A stretch of DNA of 64,000 nucleotides, taken from contig CBDBLV010000003.1 in NCBI GenBank assembly GCA_965207225.1, forward strand, positions 32,001 through 96,000. The letters are read 5' to 3'. The position numbers were made by a program, and so were the translations under genes. Source of the DNA: Dehalococcoidia bacterium (lineage in GTDB: Bacteria > Chloroflexota > Dehalococcoidia > Plut-88900). The notes below the pieces were generated by a model. The model saw only the letters and a program-made list of their open reading frames with translations. It had not been told where the DNA came from and searched no databases. Shown piece after piece: positions 40,146 through 52,036 of the stretch. Within the stretch, counting starts at the first letter, position 1, and every line of letters begins with the position of its first letter.

Positions 40146-43112
40146 GTGTCGTTGTTCAATCTCACCCTGCCTCAAGCTAAGGGAGCACCCGCGCCAACCA
40201 ACAACCTCACGCCGGTGCCTTCGCCAACACCAACACCCGCGCCGACCGACACCCCCACGCCTGTCCCTTCGGCTATGCCAACGCCGTCGCCACCCAGCCC
40301 AATAGCGGGTTTGGAGCGCGGCGCGTGGCTGGAAGAGAACAGGCCGGCATTGGCCAACCAGGTCAAGGCGCTGTCCTGGGTCTCAGACGGCGTTGACGAT
40401 ACGGAGCGCGAGGCTGCTGAAGTCTTGATTGCTATGGCCTTATGGCATCGCGACGTGTTTTACAACCTGACGAGCAAGCGATGGGTCCAGAACCACATCA
40501 CCACACACGAAGCTGCCACCATTGACGAGGTTTACTCAATTGCCAATTACGCCCCTGCACTAGCAATCGCTATGCTGGAGAAATCCTGGGTGAAGGATGA
40601 CATCACCAGGGATGAAGCCGTGGTAATTGACCGTCTGGAAAGCATCGTAAGAGCCGAGGACGAGTCCCTGCAACAGCAGGTAATTCGCAAGGTCTTCGAA
40701 ATTCTGGACATGCCATTCCTAGGGCCAATCGACAATTGTTAGAAACTGGTTTCAAATCGCTGTAAGAGGCGAAACAGGGAAACCGCCAGCGTGTGAGCCA
40801 TACCTAGAAACGGAGGCTTACATGAATCGGTACGAGCTAAGCGCAACGCAGTGGCGCGAGATCAAGGGGTTCCTTCCGGGGCGACCCGGTTCAGTAGGCG
40901 TGACCGCAAAGGACAACCGCAGCTTCGTCAACCGCGTCCTTTGGGTGCTGCGCAGCGGTGCTCACTGGAAGGACCGGCCGCCGAGGTACGGGAACTGGAA
41001 GAGCGCACATAAGCGGTTTACGCGCTGGGCAAGAGACGGCATCTGGGAGCGTATCTTCAAGGTGCTGCTGGCAGACCCAAAGAACGCCTGGGTCATGATC
41101 GATTCCACCATCGTCCGTGCCCATCAGCAGGCGATCTGCGGAAAAGGGGGGCCAAGAACCAGGCTCTGGGGCGTTCCAGAGGAGGACTGAGCACCAAGAT
41201 TCATATGTTGACTGACGCCGTAGGCCAGCCTATGCGCTTCATCCTGACCGGAGGGCAGGTGGCAGACTCCCCAAAGGGCATACCGTTGTTGACCGGTATT
41301 GACGCCACCCATGTGATCGCCGACAAGGGATATGACAGCGACAAAATCCTGGCCTATATCCAGGCTCAAGGAGCGGCTGCGGTCATACCGTCAACGTCAA
41401 ACCGTAAGACCCAAAGAGAGTACAGCCGGGAACTGTACCGGGAGCGTAACCTGATCGAACGAGCGTTCAACAGGCTCGAGCAGTGGCGCAGGATCGCAAC
41501 ACGCTATGACCGCAGAAGCCTTGACTTCCTCGCAGCGCTACATCTGACTGCAGCCGTCACATGGAGCACATGATTGTCGATTGGCCCTAGACACCGTTGA
41601 AAGTGCCGACGCTTCGGCGGTACGCTCACTGTAAAGTCTTGAGGACGCAGGGTCGGCTGAGTTTCTGGAGCTTATGAACCACCCCACACTCAGTGACGGC
41701 ATTGACGATGAAGAGGCAAGAATTGTTGTCTTGCTGGGCAGCACCAACAGGAATATGCCGGAACGTGTGCCTGCCCTGCTGGACGGGACCAGCGTTTCCA
41801 AGAGGAACGCATCATCAACCTGCCTCACTCTGGTGAAGTGTTGCTGGCAATCATCCGGTTCCACGACCACACCGGGCCCAACATGGATTACCTGGAGCAC
41901 GCGGTGCTGCACCATGAAGGTTCCATGGGCGAGCCGCTGCCTACCAACTACGTGGCATGGTACTTTGTGGACTACATTTCCGGCGGATGGCACGAGGGCA
42001 CTCACATAGCGTCGAATCCGGAGCGCGACCCCGCCCACGGCGAGTATTGCCGCGCGCCGAGGCACGCGGCCCATGAAACAGGCCACTACTACTGGACGGA
42101 TTCTCAGGCATGGATTAGCGAAGGTGCAGCGGATATGCTCGTCATACTCTCCGAGAATGCACGCGCCGGGCGACCACTGGTTCACAACCGGGAGCAATGC
42201 ACGTTGTTCAACACCATCAGTGAGGTTGCCGATGCAGAAAAAGGCAGCGACGCGTATGACTGCTCCTACCGGTTGGGACAGCGACTGTTCCTTGACCTGT
42301 ACCATGTCTTCGGTGAAGCAGCTTTCCGGCAGGCATTCCGTAGCCTCTACTTGAAACGATTACGTGATGACCCCACCGACGATTGCGAAGGCACCCAGCT
42401 GGGCATTTGCCACGTGGAATCGACCTTCAAGTCTGGTGTGTCGGACGAGGTCGTTGCAAAGGTTGACAAGGTCATCGGCCACTGGTTCTATGGAAGAACG
42501 GGTACCCACGAAGGGGACCGGGCGGTCTTGGGGGCGTTGTACCGCGAGATGGGAGGGAGCAGCTGGACCAACAACGCCAACTGGCTGAGCGACGCCCACA
42601 TCGGGGAGTGGCATGGCGTTGCTACTGATGCCGACGGCCGTGTTATTGAACTGAATCTCGAAGACAACCCATTGTCGGGTCAGATCCCGCCCGGATTGGG
42701 CAATCTTGCCAACTTGAGGGAACTGCTGCTCGGTTACAACCACTTGCGTGGGCCGATGCCGCCGGAATTGGGCAGCCTCACCCAATTGACCCGATTGGAA
42801 TTGGACCACAACGATCTGACCGGGGCGATACCGTCCTCCCTGGGCAGCCTCACCCAATTGACCCGGTTGGAATTGAACGACAACGGTCTGACAGGAGATA
42901 TACCTTCCTCCTTTGGAAACCTCACTCACCTAACCCGATTGGAACTCGATGGCAATAGTTTGTCTGGAAATATACGCACTTCTCTGAGCAACCTAACGGC
43001 GTTAAGGTTCCTGAGGGTGGCCTTCGGAAACCGTTTTTCAGGTTGCATACCTTTGATGTTGAACACCGTAGCGGACAACGACCTTGCGAACTTGGGTTTG
43101 ACAGATTGCTGA
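40146..43112 (+). pseudogene. Surface protein with HExxH and LRR domains, disrupted by IS5, a stop codon and a frameshift
   Basis: ILDMPFL|IS|DTVESADA frame continues across the IS; TAA ~41632; AHETGH and LxGxIPxxLGxL LRRs in 41838..43112. Confidence 0.75.
40723..41586 (+). mobile_element. IS5-family insertion sequence; transposase split over 40822..41190 and ~41150..41573
   Basis: Perfect IR GGCCAATCGACAAT/ATTGTCGATTGGCC flanked by CTAG on both sides; AAAAGGGGGG frameshift motif; IDST, ADKGYD and RIATRYD motifs. Confidence 0.9.
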
Positions 43113-43666
43113 ATTAGCAGCCTATCGTGGATTGACTTGAAGCCTGTCGGGACAATACCGCAGGAAAAAATAACAAAGTACGTCACGTCGAGACTCTAAT
43201 CATCAGGGGAGGTTGAGGGCGAGTTGGCTAGTAGGCTCCTGGGGACGGGCTTCGACGCTGAAACCTGCCAAGCTCTATCGTTTATGCCTTACGCTCTTCG
43301 CAAGCCTAGACCTGATTCTCATACGGAGAAGTTTCGTACTAAGAGCACTACAACGCATACAGCTAGTACACCACTAGACAAGTACGCAATCCAATCGTCG
43401 TCGGCGTGTAGCCAGCTCCACTGAAACCCAAGTGCCCTCTCGCAGTAGTGTAAGCACGCCTTCAGGACCAGAGCAGTGATCGCGATGCCAAGCAAGCCGA
43501 CGCACAGCCGGTCCAATGCGTCCATCAGCGTACACCTTGTTCGCTCACGATGCCTCTATCCGTGATGAGAAAGCTAAATGGGTCGATGGCCTGACTTGGG
43601 TAACTCATTGATGGTGTGTTCGATGTCAGCTTGGGCTTGTCCTCGACGATTTTGTATTCGTATTTG

Positions 43667-44131
43667 TCATCGTCCGGCCCCAATTGGTCTCGACCCCCGT
43701 TGCCAATTCTCTTGGCTCTCTTGCACTTGAACATTCTCACCGAGTTCCTCAGAGATGCGCTTCACCCCGGACTCGATCTCGCACGCCCAAATGACCCGCC
43801 ACTTCCATCCAAGACTATCCAGAGCAGAGCGTGCCTGAGCATCCCTTTTCGCATTTCTTTCGATCTTCGTCGTCCAGTAATCCGTGTTGCTCTTGGGCAT
43901 CCTTGATCTCTTGCATCCATGCCAGTGCCAGAAGCACCCATGGACAAACAACGCGACTCGATGGCGAGGGAAGACCAAGTCAGGACAGCCGGGGAGATCA
44001 GCACGGTGGAGTCGAAAGCGATGTCCCGCCCTATGAAGAGCCTTTCTCACTTCCATCTCGGGTCTAGTGTCCCGTGACTTCACCTTGGCCATAATCGCGC
44101 TTCGCTCGCGGCTGTCTATCTGATCGGCCAA
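43667..44131 (-). CDS. vsr: Very short patch repair endonuclease
   Basis: RS.IMAKV.SRDT.PE...PDLV...FVHGCFWH.H. Confidence 0.92.
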   Translation of the reverse strand: MADQIDSRERSAIMAKVKSRDTRPEMEVRKALHRAGHRFRLHRADLPGCPDLVFPRHRVALFVHGCFWHWHGCKRSRMPKSNTDYWTTKIERNAKRDAQARSALDSLGWKWRVIWACEIESGVKRISEELGENVQVQESQENWQRGSRPIGAGR

Positions 44132-44143
44132 GAGTTAAGCCCC

Positions 44144-45100
44144 TTAGAGATTCTCGGGTACCCTTATCAGCAAAGACCTGTCGGCTTCCACGGCCTCCAC
44201 ACGTCTGTTGTACTGCTCCAACAATGTCTTGAAGCCTTCGGCCAATCCTCCTTTGCCGAATCCTCCTAGTTCTTCAAGATTCTGACCAACGAACGACTCG
44301 ATAGCGAGAATCCCTACCCTATCTTGTACCTCAATAGCCTCTGCCATCTGGCGAGCCGCTTGAAGCCTCGTATCGAGCACCAGGAGCATGGGCCGATAGC
44401 CATTCCGGATATTCTCCTCGCATTTGTTCAAGACCGGCGGCATCGGCGCAACCGTTACGTGAAAGGCTGTGTCGCCCACCACAAAATCCTCTGGCCGCCC
44501 GAGTTGCCTGTCAGCGGTCGTGTAAGAGAAATTCTCTATCTCCAAATCAGGGTATCGAACCGCGAGCTTGGCCCCAACCAAGTGCTGGGCGACTGCGCCT
44601 CCCTTAGAGCCCGCAGCTGCCAAAATATCGGCTACAATCTGCGGCGATGGCTTATTCAGATTTACCTCAACCTCAATTGCTTGCTGGTCAAGATAGTCCT
44701 TCACCCGCCCCACCAGCCAAGCTTGTAGAGAATCGATGACCTGCCCGCGGTCTGACTCGGAGAGATCAACCAACGCCGCCGTCTCATTCAGTGCCGCCGC
44801 AATGCCTTCAGCAGCAGGAACCGTAGCCCTTGTGGTTCTTCCTCCCTCGCTGGTGAACCGTCTATCCTCGCCGTGCCTGCTAAGTATCAACTGGATGAGG
44901 GAACCACTTGTTCGCACTTGATTCCCAGGCGTTATGTAATTGCTCCTACTCAGCGGGTAAGCGCCTCTCATCCGTTCCAAGACAGCCAGACCGGCGCATA
45001 TAACGTAGGTGTTTGGTTCTACACCAGGAGATGGCCTGTGACCGTCGAACCACGACCTAAGTGTGACAAGTGCCTCACTGTAAGCTCGTTGGCCAGTCAT
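44144..45100 (-). CDS. DUF4928-like putative restriction endonuclease
   Basis: GAVAQHLVGAKL..R.P...AD.Q..R..DF..GD..FHVTVAP; lies between the C5 MTase and vsr. Confidence 0.65.
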   Translation of the reverse strand: MTGQRAYSEALVTLRSWFDGHRPSPGVEPNTYVICAGLAVLERMRGAYPLSRSNYITPGNQVRTSGSLIQLILSRHGEDRRFTSEGGRTTRATVPAAEGIAAALNETAALVDLSESDRGQVIDSLQAWLVGRVKDYLDQQAIEVEVNLNKPSPQIVADILAAAGSKGGAVAQHLVGAKLAVRYPDLEIENFSYTTADRQLGRPEDFVVGDTAFHVTVAPMPPVLNKCEENIRNGYRPMLLVLDTRLQAARQMAEAIEVQDRVGILAIESFVGQNLEELGGFGKGGLAEGFKTLLEQYNRRVEAVEADRSLLIRVPENL

Positions 45101-46208
45101 GGCGACACCGACGTCCGTCTGCGAGCGACGGCCTCAACAGTCTCTCGACTGGACAACCCGGCGCGGCTCCGAGACCCGTTATCCTTGGAGTGCTCATCAG
45201 CAGGTAAGTCCCGGCACAATCTCGCCAGATGGACAAGTAGCCGATTAGAGAGCCAACGAACCACCGGGACCGCCACGCCGTCGCCAATTGCCCTATAGGC
45301 GTCGTTGTACTTTGACGGAAGCCAGAAGGAATCTGGCACTCCCATAAGGCGCGCAGCCTCCCTTGGTGACAGTAGCCGAGACCTAATGCGGCCGTTGTCC
45401 AACACAAGGACGATCTGACGGCTTGAGCCACCCTGTGGTGTTCTCAGGCATCCCGCGACGCCGTCGAACCTTGCTTCAGCTCTTTGAACTCCCTCCCGTA
45501 TCCTCTTGTAAACGAAGCCTACCGATTGACCATTCTCAATGGCACTTTCCGTCTTCTTCCGATTCACGTCTGTCATCATAGCCAACAGACGCTCCGTCTC
45601 ATCAGGCTCATGCCATGCCACGCTTGTAGGAGTCTCTTCAACCATGTCCTCGACGGCAGGAATAGAGCAGGTGGGCTCCGGCAGATTCCACCAACGCCAT
45701 GATTCTGTGAGCGCCTCCGGCAACTGCTCATAGGCAGACCTAACGGACTTGGGGAACCATGGAACAGTCTCGTCGGCCTCTTCATTCACCAATAGGGAAC
45801 AATCAACGCGGGAGTCTATGGCGACTACGAATACTCTTGGTCGGGACTGAGGAAGGAATTGGCGAGCGTCGATCACAAGAGGACCGAACTGCATGCCCAG
45901 CGTTGCCAGGGACTCACAGAGAATCGGAAAGTCGTCCCCGTAGAGCATCCCGACGACGTTTTCGATGACTATGAGGGGCGGTCGCTGCCCCCGGTCAAGT
46001 GAATCACGCATCAGCCTCCAGAACTCCCAATAGGTCCCACTGCGCTCTGCCTTCATGCCCCTTCTAGAGCCCGCTAGCGATAAGTCTTGGCAAGGAAAGG
46101 ACGCCCAAGCCATGTCAGTGTCAACGGGTAGTGAGTCAGTGGCTACGCTTGCTACGTCGCCCAGCACAAACTCTCCAGCGCCGAATTCGGCCTCATATAC
46201 TTCCTGCT
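45097..46208 (-). pseudogene. dcm: C5 cytosine methyltransferase lacking its N-terminus
   Basis: FPCQDLS, ENV and QSRPR present; motif I FxGxG absent; abuts the truncated copy-3 gene. Confidence 0.8.
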
Positions 46209-47775
46209 GCCCTCGAGCGGGAGATACTTCATCACCGCCAACGGCATCCAGGAGGCCGCCGACTTCCTGGGTTTCGACACGCCCTCGGAGTTCGTGCGGG
46301 CTTACCCCATGTCCAGGGAGTGGCTGACGCTGCTCCTGCGCAGGATGGACGCGGTGGTCGCCGTCTACCGCCTGGCCGCCGCCATGTCGCCCGGCACGGA
46401 TTCACATCAGACCCGCGTGGAGTTTCACCGCAAGGGCCGGTTCGACGCCACCATCACGCTCCACGACGGGCGAGACTTCGGCGTGGTGCGTCAGGGTCTC
46501 GGCCTGCGCAGGCGCTCCCTCCACGACCGGCTGCGTGCCCTAGCCCACTACGACGCCGGCCGCCGCCCGGACATCGTGCTCATCCTGGTTCCTAGTGTCT
46601 GGGAGCGGCGGCGGACGGGGAGGTTCTGCGAGGGGGTGTACCTGACGGACTTCTTCATCGCCGTGGAGTCCCGGTGGGCACTGGAACGGCGGGACCGCCG
46701 GGTCTGGCAGGAGACCACGGGGCTGTCCGGGCATTCGTACCTGACGCTGGAGCGGGTGATCTCCCGGGGCACGCCGGGCAGGAGACGACGACCCCTCACG
46801 GCGTCGCCGGAGCGGAAGCGAGCTTCCCTGCCCGACCCCGAACGCATGGTGGGGGATTCGCCCGCCTTCGGCCTCAGCCCCTCGGAGAAGCGGACGCTGG
46901 ACCTGATCACCGACCACCCCATGATCCCCCGGGAGCACCTGGCGACCTGGCTGGGCGTCTCCGAGGGAAGGGTCAGCCAGATGATGCACGGCCTGGTGAA
47001 GACCTGGGGCCTCATCGAACGTCACGGCAAACGGGGTGACGTGCGCTACACCCTGTCCGACGAGGGAATACGCTACGTGACCTACCGGGACCGGGCGGAA
47101 CTGCCCACCACGCGGGGCATCTGGAGCACGGAGCTGACTGCTGACAAAGATGGTCGCACCCGTCACGTGGGCCACCGCATCGAGACGTGGGCGCGGCAGA
47201 GGAAGCACGCCGACAGCATCACGTGGTTCCTGTCGAAGCTCCAGGCCGAGACCCGTACCGACCCCGACAGCGCGCTGGTGTGGGTTGTCCCCACGGCCCG
47301 GTCCGACCGGGCCTACAACTGGGGCCGCTCCGCCATCGCCCCCGACGCCGTGGGGCAGCTTCTCGCCGGGGGCCATCCCGTGCCGTTCTACCTTGAGCAC
47401 GAGCTGCGCGCCCGTCACCCCAGGGGAGTGATCGCCCGCTTGGAGCCCTACGAAGACTACTACTGGTCGCATGAGCACAAAGAGGACCTGCCGCCGTACC
47501 TGATCACCCTGTTCGTCGTGGACACCGAGGAGGTCGAGGACACTTACGTGAGCACCGCCGCCGGAATGAACTGCATGTCGCTACCCATCCTGGCGTCCTG
47601 CACGCCCGTGCTGTCACGCAGGGGGATACTGGGGGAGTCCTGGCGGCCCCTGTGGGCGCCGTCCTCCCCCCGGCTGAGGCTGTCCCAGCTGAGTGCTTAC
47701 GTCTACGACCCGCTGTACCACCGCATGCGTGCCAGTGATCCTGTAGAGGCATCCAATAGGGGGAGGCATAGATAG
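46207..47775 (+). pseudogene. Replication-relaxation-like protein (copy 3), 5'-truncated
   Basis: Begins at LPSSGRYF, which is internal in copy 1. Confidence 0.75.
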
Positions 47776-48305
47776 CGTTGTATCGACGCTATCTGCCCTC
47801 CCTGCGGTCTGGGGGCCGCAAAACGGTACAAGTTGTACCTCCGGCAGGGTCTCAAAATACGCCAGACCGGTCATATTCCTCTGTTTCAGCTACGAAAGGG
47901 GCTGCACAGACCTCGACCGGTCAACGGCCAAAAGTACAAGTTGGGGAGAAGTTGTGCTAAAGTTGGGGAGCACGCCGGAGACACCAAAGTTGCACTTTTA
48001 CCACCCTGACCGGTCAGCATTTTGAGCGGGATGTAGGTAGGGACGCGGCTGTGAAGCGTCTTTGAGGAGCAAAATCGGCGCATTGGCGGCGTCTGCGGCC
48101 CATGCTGGCCCACCGGAAATTGCAGGAATTGAGGTGGGGGTGCATGACGCGAAAAGGGGTGATGGGCAGGAGCGGACATTTCGGGCCAGCCACGTTCGGA
48201 TTCATGCAACATTTCGGGGGTTGGGCCGAAAATGGTGACCGGTCGCTGTCAAGGACCGGTTCCACCGAAAATTGCAGAAGCGGCCCACCCCGATAGAAGG
48301 CGAAT
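47776..48305. promoter_or_regulatory. Conserved cis region (copy 3)
   Basis: GACCGGTC at 47865, 47915, 48008, 48237. Confidence 0.6.
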
Positions 48306-48743
48306 ATGACATCTCGGAAGTTGACGGAGAAATCGAGGGCCGGAGACGGCAAGCCCGACCAGAAGTGGGTCGTGGAGTACCTCGTACAGCGGGAGGGTCA
48401 GCGCAGGACGGCGGCCCTCCTGGGGGTGAACCGGAAGACGGTGGCGCTGGCGCTGGGCCGTGAGCGGCTGACGGGGAGGATGGCCCTGGCCGTGCAGCGG
48501 TTCATGGCCGGCCTGGACGATCCCGACGGGGAACTGGCGACGCCCCTGGACAGGCTGGAGGCGAGGATGCGGCGTGTGATCAAGGCCGTGGATGATCTCA
48601 GGGAGCTGGTGGAGGACCTGACGGAGCGCGTGGAGGCCCTAGAGGCGGTGCAGCAGGAGCCCGATACCGAGGGCCGGGGGCTGGGCCTGTTCGACTGGTG
48701 GCGGCGGCGCAGGCCGCAGGGTGAGAACGGGAGACATGGCTGA
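48306..48743 (+). CDS. HTH plus coiled-coil protein (copy 3)
   Basis: Paralog of 22861..23328. Confidence 0.75.
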   Translation: MTSRKLTEKSRAGDGKPDQKWVVEYLVQREGQRRTAALLGVNRKTVALALGRERLTGRMALAVQRFMAGLDDPDGELATPLDRLEARMRRVIKAVDDLRELVEDLTERVEALEAVQQEPDTEGRGLGLFDWWRRRRPQGENGRHG

Positions 48744-49170
48744 GCGGGTGCGCTGGATTACGAAGGCGGAGGCGGCGCGGGAGATGGAGGTCTCCATTTC
48801 GACGCTGGACCGGATGATACGGCGTGGAGAGGTCGAGGTGCGCAGGGAGGGCCGGAGGGTCTACGTGGAGATGGAGGGGCCGGAGCGGGTGAGCGACGAG
48901 GAGCTGCTGCGTCGGGCTATTGGGCGGGAGGACAGGCTTCAACGGAGGCTGGTGAAGCTGGACCAACGGGCGCAGGCGTTGGAGCGGGAGCGCGACGAGG
49001 CGGTGCACGCCGCAGCCGCCGACCGGCAGGCGCTAGAGGAGATGGAGGAGCGGTACGAGAAGGAGCGTGACGCCCGCAGAAGGATGAGACGGCTGGCCAT
49101 CAGGCTCGGCTTGGCCGTGGTCGTGTTGCTAGCCGTCGTGGGCCTGCTCGTGTGGCGGCTGGTCGCATAG
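48736..49170 (+). CDS. Excisionase-like HTH with TM helix (copy 3)
   Basis: Paralog of 23321..23764. Confidence 0.7.
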   Translation: MAERVRWITKAEAAREMEVSISTLDRMIRRGEVEVRREGRRVYVEMEGPERVSDEELLRRAIGREDRLQRRLVKLDQRAQALERERDEAVHAAAADRQALEEMEERYEKERDARRRMRRLAIRLGLAVVVLLAVVGLLVWRLVA

Positions 49171-49180
49171 GGTATAGCGC

Positions 49181-51859
49181 ATGGCCGGAGATGACATCGG
49201 ACACCAGATACGCATCGCCGCCGAGAGCACTTGGCTCTACAGCCTATTCGCTGTTGGGCCGACGCGTGTGTCGCTGACCGACGAAACGCTCACCTTCGAG
49301 GGACGCCTGGGTGGAGCATCCAACGAGGTGCCCGTCGGAGCCATCGACTCAATCACGGTCTCACCATCGTTGTTGTGGCATCGGCTGACCATACAGTTGG
49401 GAGATGGGACCGAGCGGTCAGTTGGAGGACTTGACGAGAGCAAAGCTGCACGGGTCCGGGACGCGGTGTTGGCGAGCACCGTCGAGGTCGCCAAGGCTTT
49501 GAGCCCTGAATTGAAGCGGCTCGATGAGCAGGTTCGGCAACACTTCGCCGCCGACCGCTACGCCCGATACAGCGACTGCCGGAAGCTTCACGAGTCTCTA
49601 GCGCCGGTTCTACGGCAATGCAAGGCACTCACCCGTGGACGCCTGAACCAAGAAGCGTCAGAGACGGCGGAGCGGCTTTCGCCCCTAGAATCGGTTGCGG
49701 GGTTCGAGGCGGCAAGAAGGCGTGCGAACAGCCTGTTCATTTCCAACGCCAAGCCCTCCGTACAGCAAGCCGCATCCGAGACGCTGGGTAACCCTCTCAC
49801 GGATGAACAGGCCGAAGCCGTCGCCACCGACGAGGACGCGACCCTTGTGCTGGCGGGCGCGGGAACGGGCAAGACCGCGGTCATCGTCGGCAAGGTCGCC
49901 CATGTCGTCCGCAACCTGGGAGTCTCCCCGAACGAGGTGCTGGTCCTGGCATTCAACCGCAAGGCGGCCGATGAGATACGGGGACGGCTCAAGGGCGACC
50001 TCTCCGCAGCGCACGTCCACACCTTCCACAGCTTCGGTCGCCGCGTCATAGCCGAGTCCGAGTCCGCTCCCACCATATCGAAGCTGGCCGAGGACGAACT
50101 GGCGCTGAGGCGCGCAGTTGACAACATCATCGGCGAGCTACTCAACGACCTGGAGCAGTCGAGGGCTGTGATCGACTTCATCGTCTACCACCACGCGCCC
50201 TACAGATCGGCCTTCGAGTTCGACACCCTTGACCAGTACGAGGAGTACGTCCGCGAAGTCGAGTTGCGGACCCTGAGCGGGGATCTGGTCAAGAGTTTCG
50301 AGGAACTGTCCATCGCGAACTACCTGACGGAACACGGCGTCGAGTTCCGGTACGAAGACCGGTACGAGACAGCGACGGCGACGAACCAACGCAGGCAGTA
50401 CCAGCCGGATTTCTTCCTGCCCGGCCACGACATCTACATCGAGCACTTCGCACTCAACGAACATGGACGCCCTCCCCCCGGCTGGAGAGGGTACGTGGAG
50501 GGCGTCGAGTGGAAGAGGAACATCCACCGTCAACACGGCTCGACGCTGGTGGAGACCTACAGCTGGCAACACCGGCGGGGCATCCTGCTTGAGACGCTGC
50601 GCAAGCGCCTCGAAGAGGCAGGGGTTAGCTTCGAGCAGGTCCCTCGCCAAACCCTGGTGCGGCAACTCGGCCAGGAGCAGACCTCGTCGCTGGCGGGGCT
50701 GCTGGCGACCTTCCTGAATCACGTAAAGACCGGCGGCCTCTCGCCCGAGACGCTTCGCGCCCGCGCTCGCGAGAGCGGGGGCCGTTGGCGCAATGAGAGC
50801 TTCCTTGCCGTTTTCGAGCAGGTGCGCAACCGCTACCAGAAGCTGCTCTCGGACCAAGGGGAGCTGGACTTCCACGACCTCATCAACGTCGCTGCAGGGC
50901 ATATCCGTGAGGGCCGATGGAAGTCCGGATACCGGTATGTGCTGGTGGATGAGTTCCAGGACATATCCGCAGGTAGGATGGCGCTCATCCAGGCCCTCCG
51001 TGGCCATGGCGTAGCTTACTTCCTAGTGGGAGACGACTGGCAGTCGATCTACAGGTTCGCGGGAAGCGACGTCGGTCTACTGCGGAGTTGCGGCGAATTG
51101 CTCGGCTATGTGGAGCAGCGGACACTGAGCCGCACATTCCGGTTCGCCGACGGCATTCTTGGCCCTTCGACCGAGTTCGTGAAACGGAACACGGAGCAGA
51201 CTCAGAGACCTCTGCTGTCCGCCAGCGGAGCGGAGGACGAGGGTGTCACCGTCGTCGCCGACGCCAGTCCCGCAGGCGGGGTGGCGCGGGCGTTGCAGGA
51301 CATCGAGACAAGGGTGCAAGAACAGCCGCGCAGCGTCCTGGTGCTGGGACGCTACCGACAGGGCCGCGAGGTGGTCCAGTCGATTCGGCGGAGCAGGTCG
51401 CTGCGAGTGGAGTTCAGCACAGTTCACGGAGCAAAGGGACGCGAGGCCGACTACGTGATCGTGCTCGACCTCAACGACGGGCGCTATGGGTTTCCCTCGA
51501 AGGTGGAGGACGATCCGCTGCTGGAGCTCGTGCTGCCCCGGTCTCAGGGGGGAGCATACCCGTTTGCGGAGGAGCGGCGTCTCTTCTACGTCGCGATGAC
51601 CCGGGCGCGGATCGGCGCCTACCTGGTGGCCGACCCTGTGCGGCCATCCCAGTTTGTGACGGAGGTGTTGAGGGAGTCCCACGAGTTGCGGCAGATCGGC
51701 GAACTGGCGACGAAGTGTCCGCGTTGCGGCAGGGGCGTGCTCCAGATGATAGAAGGCAGGCGTGGCCGATTCTGGGGCTGCACTGGGTACCAGTCCACGC
51801 CGCCATGCCGATACACCAAGGACATTGAGGGAGAAACCGCCCATAGAGGGCGGGAATAA
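49181..51859 (+). CDS. UvrD-family (helicase IV-like) helicase with nuclease-like insert and topoisomerase-type Zn finger
   Basis: AGAGTGKT; DEFQD; GDDWQSIY.F; EERRLFYVAMTRA; YQPDF..IEHF; CPRC..FWGC..YP.C-like. Confidence 0.9.
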   Translation: MAGDDIGHQIRIAAESTWLYSLFAVGPTRVSLTDETLTFEGRLGGASNEVPVGAIDSITVSPSLLWHRLTIQLGDGTERSVGGLDESKAARVRDAVLASTVEVAKALSPELKRLDEQVRQHFAADRYARYSDCRKLHESLAPVLRQCKALTRGRLNQEASETAERLSPLESVAGFEAARRRANSLFISNAKPSVQQAASETLGNPLTDEQAEAVATDEDATLVLAGAGTGKTAVIVGKVAHVVRNLGVSPNEVLVLAFNRKAADEIRGRLKGDLSAAHVHTFHSFGRRVIAESESAPTISKLAEDELALRRAVDNIIGELLNDLEQSRAVIDFIVYHHAPYRSAFEFDTLDQYEEYVREVELRTLSGDLVKSFEELSIANYLTEHGVEFRYEDRYETATATNQRRQYQPDFFLPGHDIYIEHFALNEHGRPPPGWRGYVEGVEWKRNIHRQHGSTLVETYSWQHRRGILLETLRKRLEEAGVSFEQVPRQTLVRQLGQEQTSSLAGLLATFLNHVKTGGLSPETLRARARESGGRWRNESFLAVFEQVRNRYQKLLSDQGELDFHDLINVAAGHIREGRWKSGYRYVLVDEFQDISAGRMALIQALRGHGVAYFLVGDDWQSIYRFAGSDVGLLRSCGELLGYVEQRTLSRTFRFADGILGPSTEFVKRNTEQTQRPLLSASGAEDEGVTVVADASPAGGVARALQDIETRVQEQPRSVLVLGRYRQGREVVQSIRRSRSLRVEFSTVHGAKGREADYVIVLDLNDGRYGFPSKVEDDPLLELVLPRSQGGAYPFAEERRLFYVAMTRARIGAYLVADPVRPSQFVTEVLRESHELRQIGELATKCPRCGRGVLQMIEGRRGRFWGCTGYQSTPPCRYTKDIEGETAHRGRE

Positions 51860-52036
51860 CGGGACTGAGAGAAGCCGCCGCCCGACACTTCGACTCTCCC
51901 TCGTCGTCCTGACCGTTCGATTTGCAGCCCTCAAGCGATGCAGGAGTGTCCGATGCCCCTTGCGCCAAGGTATCCTATGGCCTACAATTTGGGAGGTGGG
52001 CGAACTCCACCAGACCGATGACCACGGAGGGTTGAG

